DNA of 64,000 nucleotides from Tubulanus polymorphus (lineage: Eukaryota; Animalia; Nemertea): positions 12,450,275 to 12,514,274 of the forward strand of contig NC_134032.1 in assembly GCF_964204645.1 (NCBI RefSeq), written 5' to 3'. A program made the position numbers and the translations under genes. The notes under the pieces were generated by a model. It saw only the letters and a list, made by a program, of their open reading frames with translations, did no database searches and was not told where the DNA came from. This document shows, piece after piece, positions 59,221 through 64,000 of the stretch (within the stretch, counting starts at the first letter, position 1; every line of letters starts with the position of its first letter).

Positions 59221-60530
59221 GCATGGCCAAAGCCAAACATGCAATAATGCAAGTATTACGGTTAAGATGCGGGCAGAGGGAGGAGGGGCTCAGGGGCTTG
59301 GAGTACGTTTTGAATCAATAGCTTAAGACTTTAGAGGGTTTAAGAGAATGTAGCTTAAGGCTTTTGGAACTTTAGGTTTAGGGTTTAGAGGGTATTGGTA
59401 TAGGGTCTATATGCGTAGTGTTTAAAGTCTTCAGGTTTAAGATTTAGTCAAGAGGGTTTGGGTTCAGAATGTGTTAAGGATTTAGTGGAGGGTTTTTGCT
59501 TTAGAGTTAATATGTTTGGGGAACCAAGTCTGGTTTAGGGTTAAGAGGGTCTAAAGGGTAAGGTTTAAGAGACTATAGGTTTAGGGTATCAAGTCAGTAG
59601 GTTTAGGGTTTAGAGGGTCTGTTTGGTTGGGGCTTTGAGGCTATAGGTTTACAGTCTCAGCTATTGAGATATATGTTTCCCCAAGAAAGTGAAAAACACA
59701 ATACTGGAAAATAGAATTGTTGGCAGAAAATTCTGGACAGAAATTTCCTGAAATCTGTAAAGTGTCAATTCCGGCAATATTCGTTTGTCTTCCGTATTCT
59801 CATCAGTTTTATCTTCGCTCCCCATCAGTAAACATCTTTTTCGGTCTTGTGATCAATAAACATCATCTTTGGTCTTCTCATCACTTCTATCTTCGGTCCA
59901 CATCAGTAAACATCTTTTTCGGTCTTGTGATCAATAAACATCATCTTCGGTCTTCTCATCGCTTCTATCTTCAGTCCACATCAGTAAACATCTTTTTCGG
60001 TCTTGTGATCAATAAACATCATCTTTGGTCTTCTCATCGCTTCTATCTTCGGTCCACATCAGTAAACATCTTTCTTGGTCTTTTCATCAATGAACATCAT
60101 CTTCAGCCTTCTCATCAGTTATCCTCATCACATCTGTTTGCATTTAACCAAACTGCCTGAACTTAAAAAAAGCATGGCCAAAGCCAAACATGCGATAATG
60201 CAAGCATTATGGTTAAGATGCGGGCAGAGGGAGGAGGGGCTCAGAGGCTTTAGGAACTTTAGGTTTAGGGTTTAGTGGGTATTGGTTCAGGGTCTATATG
60301 CCTAGGCTTTAAAGTCTCCAGGTTTAGGATTTTGTCTAGAAGGTTTGGGTTCAGAATCTGTAGCTTAAAGATTTAGTGGATAAGGGGTCAGAGGGTTTTT
60401 GCTTAGAAGGATTAGAGTTAATAGGTTTAGGGTATAAAGTCTGGTTTAGGGTGGGTCTAAAAGGTAAGTAGAGACTATAGGTTTGAGGTAGCAAGTCAGT
60501 AGGTTCAGGGTTTAGAGGGTCTATTTGGTT
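59220..60530. repeat. Diverged satellite monomers at right array edge
   Basis: Two degenerate units with the linker at ~59211 and ~60156, the edge-specific segment at ~59675-59790, and an expanded 26-bp minisatellite. Confidence 0.85.
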
Positions 60531-61150
60531 ATATCTTCGGTCCCAATCAGTAAACATCTTTTACAGTCTTCTGATCGATAAACATCATCTTCGATCTTCT
60601 CATCAGTTTTATCTTCGGTCCACATCAGTAAACATCTTTTTCGGTCTTCTGATCGATAAACATCATCTTCGGTCTTCTCATCAGTTTTATCTTCCATCTG
60701 TATCAGTATACATCTTTTTCGGTCTTCTGATCGATAAACATCATCTTCGGTCTTCTCATCAGTCTTATCTTCGGTCCCCATCAGTAAACATCTTTTTCGG
60801 TCTTCTGATCGATAAACATCATCTTCGGTCTTCTCATCGATAAACATCATCTTCGGTCTTCTCATCTGTTTTATCTTCAGTCCCCATTAGTAAACATGTT
60901 TTTCGGTCTTCTGATCGATAAACATCATCTTCGGTCTTTTCATCTGTTTTATCTTCCATCTGTATCAGTATACACCTTTTCGGTCTTCTGATCGATAAAC
61001 ATCGTCTTCGGTCTTCTCATCAGTTTTATCTTCGGTCCCCATCAGTAAACATCTTTTTCGGTCTTCACATCGATAAACATCGTCTTCGGCTTTCTCATCA
61101 GTTTTATCTTAGTCCCCATCAATGCGCATCATTTTCGGTCTCTTCATCAG
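60530..61150. repeat. 26-bp / 78-bp minisatellite (right layer)
   Basis: Repeats of atcttcggtccccatcagtaaacatctttttcggtcttctgatcgataaacatcatcttcggtcttctcatcagtttt; 26-aa periodicity in the overlapping minus ORF confirms the 78-bp period. Confidence 0.92.
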
Positions 61151-62069
61151 TTTTCCCTATCACATCCCTCGGATCCAACACCCGTCGATTTCACGAACTT
61201 GGATATCCATGGCCTGTGAAAACTGGGTCCTCCATAGGAGAATGACTTCAGATCCCAATGATATGAGATGTAGTTTTGTAGGGAAAATGGTTCTTCCTGA
61301 GCAGGGTTTGAGCATCCGTTTCACTGCGCATAAGACGTGCGCTCTACTAAGCTATCATTGCTGTCTGTAGCACACAGAGCTTTTAGGATGTCCTTTTGTA
61401 GTTTAACCGCAGCTGTCGGAAATGTTGGAGAGATGTAGGAATTTATAATAATATAATACTTCTTCAATTATCTCCTATTTACAAAAGATATAATAATACA
61501 AAATAATACAATTTCATAACCAGATTTCAGCATCAGATTGTAAAAAAGGGGAAAGGACAATGGGGATTCAATCCATAATAGTTCCTTATGAAAATTTGAT
61601 TAATTCCCCTTCAGAAAGAACCTTTCCTATTTTTTTCCCTATTCATTGGGAGGTTGTAACTACATACTTCAAACATTAATGATAATTGAAGTGCCAGGTA
61701 ACCAGCTAGTGCGCTTTTACCAGCTGTTTTTGATTCTTTTTCCTCGGGCTGCCCATTTATTCATAAAAAAAAAAACTACTGTCATCAACTCTCCACTAGC
61801 ATACCAGGTACCTCGAATTAATTTGCCCTATTTCGAATATACCATATACATATCTTAGATTGAAAACCCCCTTTTGGCTGATGATGTAAGTTAGTTGACA
61901 GAATAGAGTTTAAATAGATGTGTGCAGGGAAAGCATGAAGCGCCACCACCAGTCATTTGGAAGCATCCAATCAATGACATGTAATGGTCCGGTAATTTTG
62001 ATTTAATCTAAATTGCTAGCGAACAGTCAACGATAACAGCAGTTGAAGACTAACTGTTGATGAAAGATG

Positions 62070-62495
62070 AGAAATTCAAAATGGCTTCTAGTTACCTTGA
62101 CCTAAGACCTACTGTACCTAAAATTCCATCATTCACTCCTAGTCCCTACAGTTGTACCTACTTACTTTAAACTAACTATGAGGAAGAGCCTGGAAATGGT
62201 AGAGCTCCGAAATGAAAAATACAAAATGGCTTCCAGTGACATTGCCCTTAGACCTACAACTTTTAATCCTGGTCTAGCTTTTTAGTCCCTAGGACAACCT
62301 GTCCACTGAATTTTACCTAGCTAGCTCAAACCATTTATTTACTTAACTAAATAAGAACCAACAAAGTACCTAAAATTTCATCGGTCGTCACTCCTAGTCC
62401 CTTCAGTTTTACCTAATTATCTTTAACTGGCTACGAGTTAGAGCCTGGAACTTATGAAAAAATACAAAATGGCTTCCTGTGATCTTGACCCTACA
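62070..62495. repeat. Degenerate tandem blocks (caaaatggcttc / gaccttgacc type)
   Basis: caaaatggcttc at ~62077, 62222, 62465; ctaaaatt.catc..cactcctagtccct twice, ~250 bp apart. Confidence 0.6.
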
Positions 62496-62989
62496 GGATG
62501 CAAAATCCTGACGTTAAGTGGTTTTCTCTGATTTCTAATGGCCACCCTACAGAAAACACCTTGCAACCTTTACCAATGTAAAAAATACAGGGTTGAGGCG
62601 CCTAGAAAAGTACCACACCAAAACAGCTCCCAAATACCAGAAACCAAAATGGTGCACGCCTACTCAGCGCAATTAACTCTGGAAATTAAGCATTTAGGCT
62701 TAAAAACAGACCAAATAACATCTCCATAGAGACATGAGAGATACAGAAGAGGTATTTCTTCATTTCCGATTCGGATTTGTAATGCCGCGACGTCCACGTA
62801 ATTGCCTCCTAAAGGCCCTGTACGCTGCAGATAACAATGATTTTTCAGTAGAGCACGTATCTCATGCACAGTGAATCAGACGCTCGAACTCGGCTCAGGG
62901 AGTACCATCTTACCCCATAAAACTACATAATCAAATCATAAGGATCTTCATTCATTCTCCTTGTGAAAAAACCAATATCCGCAACCCAG

Positions 62990-63760
62990 GGTATCCAAGT
63001 TTCTTGAGACATGAGAACTGGTTAGTGTTGTCAATGGTACTTGGGCTTACAACGGTTTCGATATACTACCAGTAAGTTCTCTTCATGACTCTTTGCACTG
63101 ATGGTCTACTTTCCTTATATTTTACTCTATGCTCAGGTTGGCTAGATTTCATCGTTCGCGGTAGAGACGATCACATTGTTCGATCCATCGGCGAAGAGCT
63201 TTGGTCTATCCACGGTTCCCTGTCTTTTCCATGGAAGTTTTGTATAGAATGTTTTTGTACGTGACTTCCTCTAGTTGTTATAATCAGCTTATCTTCAGTT
63301 CACAGTTACTGTTGTCGAAAATCTTGGTTTCTTATTTGAACAAGTATGGACTTATCCCGTCACTTTCCTAGTTTGCCGTGTTGTACCAGGGTCTTCGCTT
63401 GCGTTTGATATCAATCTCTGCGTACACGACATCTGATATTCCCGGCATGGTATCTGTTCATCGGACAAGTGTTGCAGTGTTGGATCAAGGGTATCTTCGC
63501 CACTGATGGGTTCTTTATCTATCTGAGTCAGGCCATGGTCATTCAGGCCTATGTACTTGAGTGGTACCTGGCTTTAGTTCTATTTCGTTTCAGTCCCATC
63601 TTGGTAAGTTAGTCTTCATCGATTAGGATTTGAATTGTTGACTGACGTGACTGCCTTTTCAACACTTTTGTAGAGTTCCTGGTATCGTAGGTCCTCGTTG
63701 AGTGGTTGAAGTGAATTCAGGAGCGATAACGCATCCCTGGCAAGTGAGGATGTATCATCG
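62990..63760 (-). mobile_element. Decayed CR1-clade LINE ORF2 fragment (APE endonuclease C-terminus and linker)
   Basis: Frameshifted minus-strand peptides NLPRWD, LNDHGLTQIDKEPISGEDTLD, PGISD-VVYAEIDIK, YNTAN*, PWI..LRRWIEQCDRLY and KYKE..VQRVMKRTYW*YIETVV match the canonical order FNLPxIDW / LxQxVxEPTRxxNxLD / PGISDH / YxKANW / PWI / AYWxY. Many stops; no RT domain in the window. Confidence 0.8.
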
Positions 63761-64000
63761 TTATATTTGATGCCTGTTTTTAGTCATTAGACTTGGTGTA
63801 TGCCCAGTTTGTTTGTGCCCGGAATGCCACATATTTATATTTTTTTCATACTGGCCTGTTTTTCTTCTGACAAGCGCCTTTGTTGAAGACCAGTGTAACC
63901 ATTGCCTTCTTCCAATCCAGTGGTAGATCTCCAGTGCTGAGTCAACTATTCCAAAATATTCCATATCCTATAGCATAAACAAGACATTTCAGTTTTAAGT

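Noticed and set aside
60521-60865. 114-aa repetitive ORF (KTDEKTEDDVYRSEDRKR) and similar ORFs at 33400, 34257, 59717
   Set aside because: By-products of the 78-bp minisatellite period; frames break in adjacent copies.
62700-64000. LTR retrotransposon pol fragment
   Set aside because: Manual translation gave APE-endonuclease/linker motifs of a CR1-clade LINE; no integrase, RNase H or LTR was seen.

Overview
Eukaryotic, intron-rich genomic DNA, probably from an invertebrate animal; the taxon cannot be fixed from sequence alone. The left ~27 kb is gene-dense. It holds a minus-strand SDR16C-family (retinol dehydrogenase-like) gene running off the left edge, CHRAC1 (3 coding exons, minus) head-to-head with a Schlafen-like SLFNL1-type gene (RRM + AlbA_2 + C-terminal CaaX, plus), a 25-exon VPS11 (minus), and a 4-TM MS4A/CD20-like membrane protein with two PPxY motifs (minus). 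Introns and spacers carry nested MITEs (Harbinger-, pogo/Tc1-, piggyBac-, Kolobok-, hAT-like), minisatellites, and three inverted Penelope-type pseudo-LTR remnants with minimal hammerhead ribozyme cores. From ~31 to ~61 kb the window is a non-coding repeat complex. Its core is 36 homogeneous 675-705 bp tandem units (a G/T-rich GGTTTAG-like half, a C/T-rich half derived from a 26-bp minisatellite, and a conserved linker) showing incipient higher-order periodicity, nested in older diverged layers. The complex repeatedly shows minus-strand-specific RNA-like signals: cUUYGg hairpins, G-U-compatible stems, and U-tract/AG acceptor-like sites. The right end contains a decayed CR1-clade LINE. All exon boundaries were read by eye from GT-AG signals and frame continuity; no database search was run.
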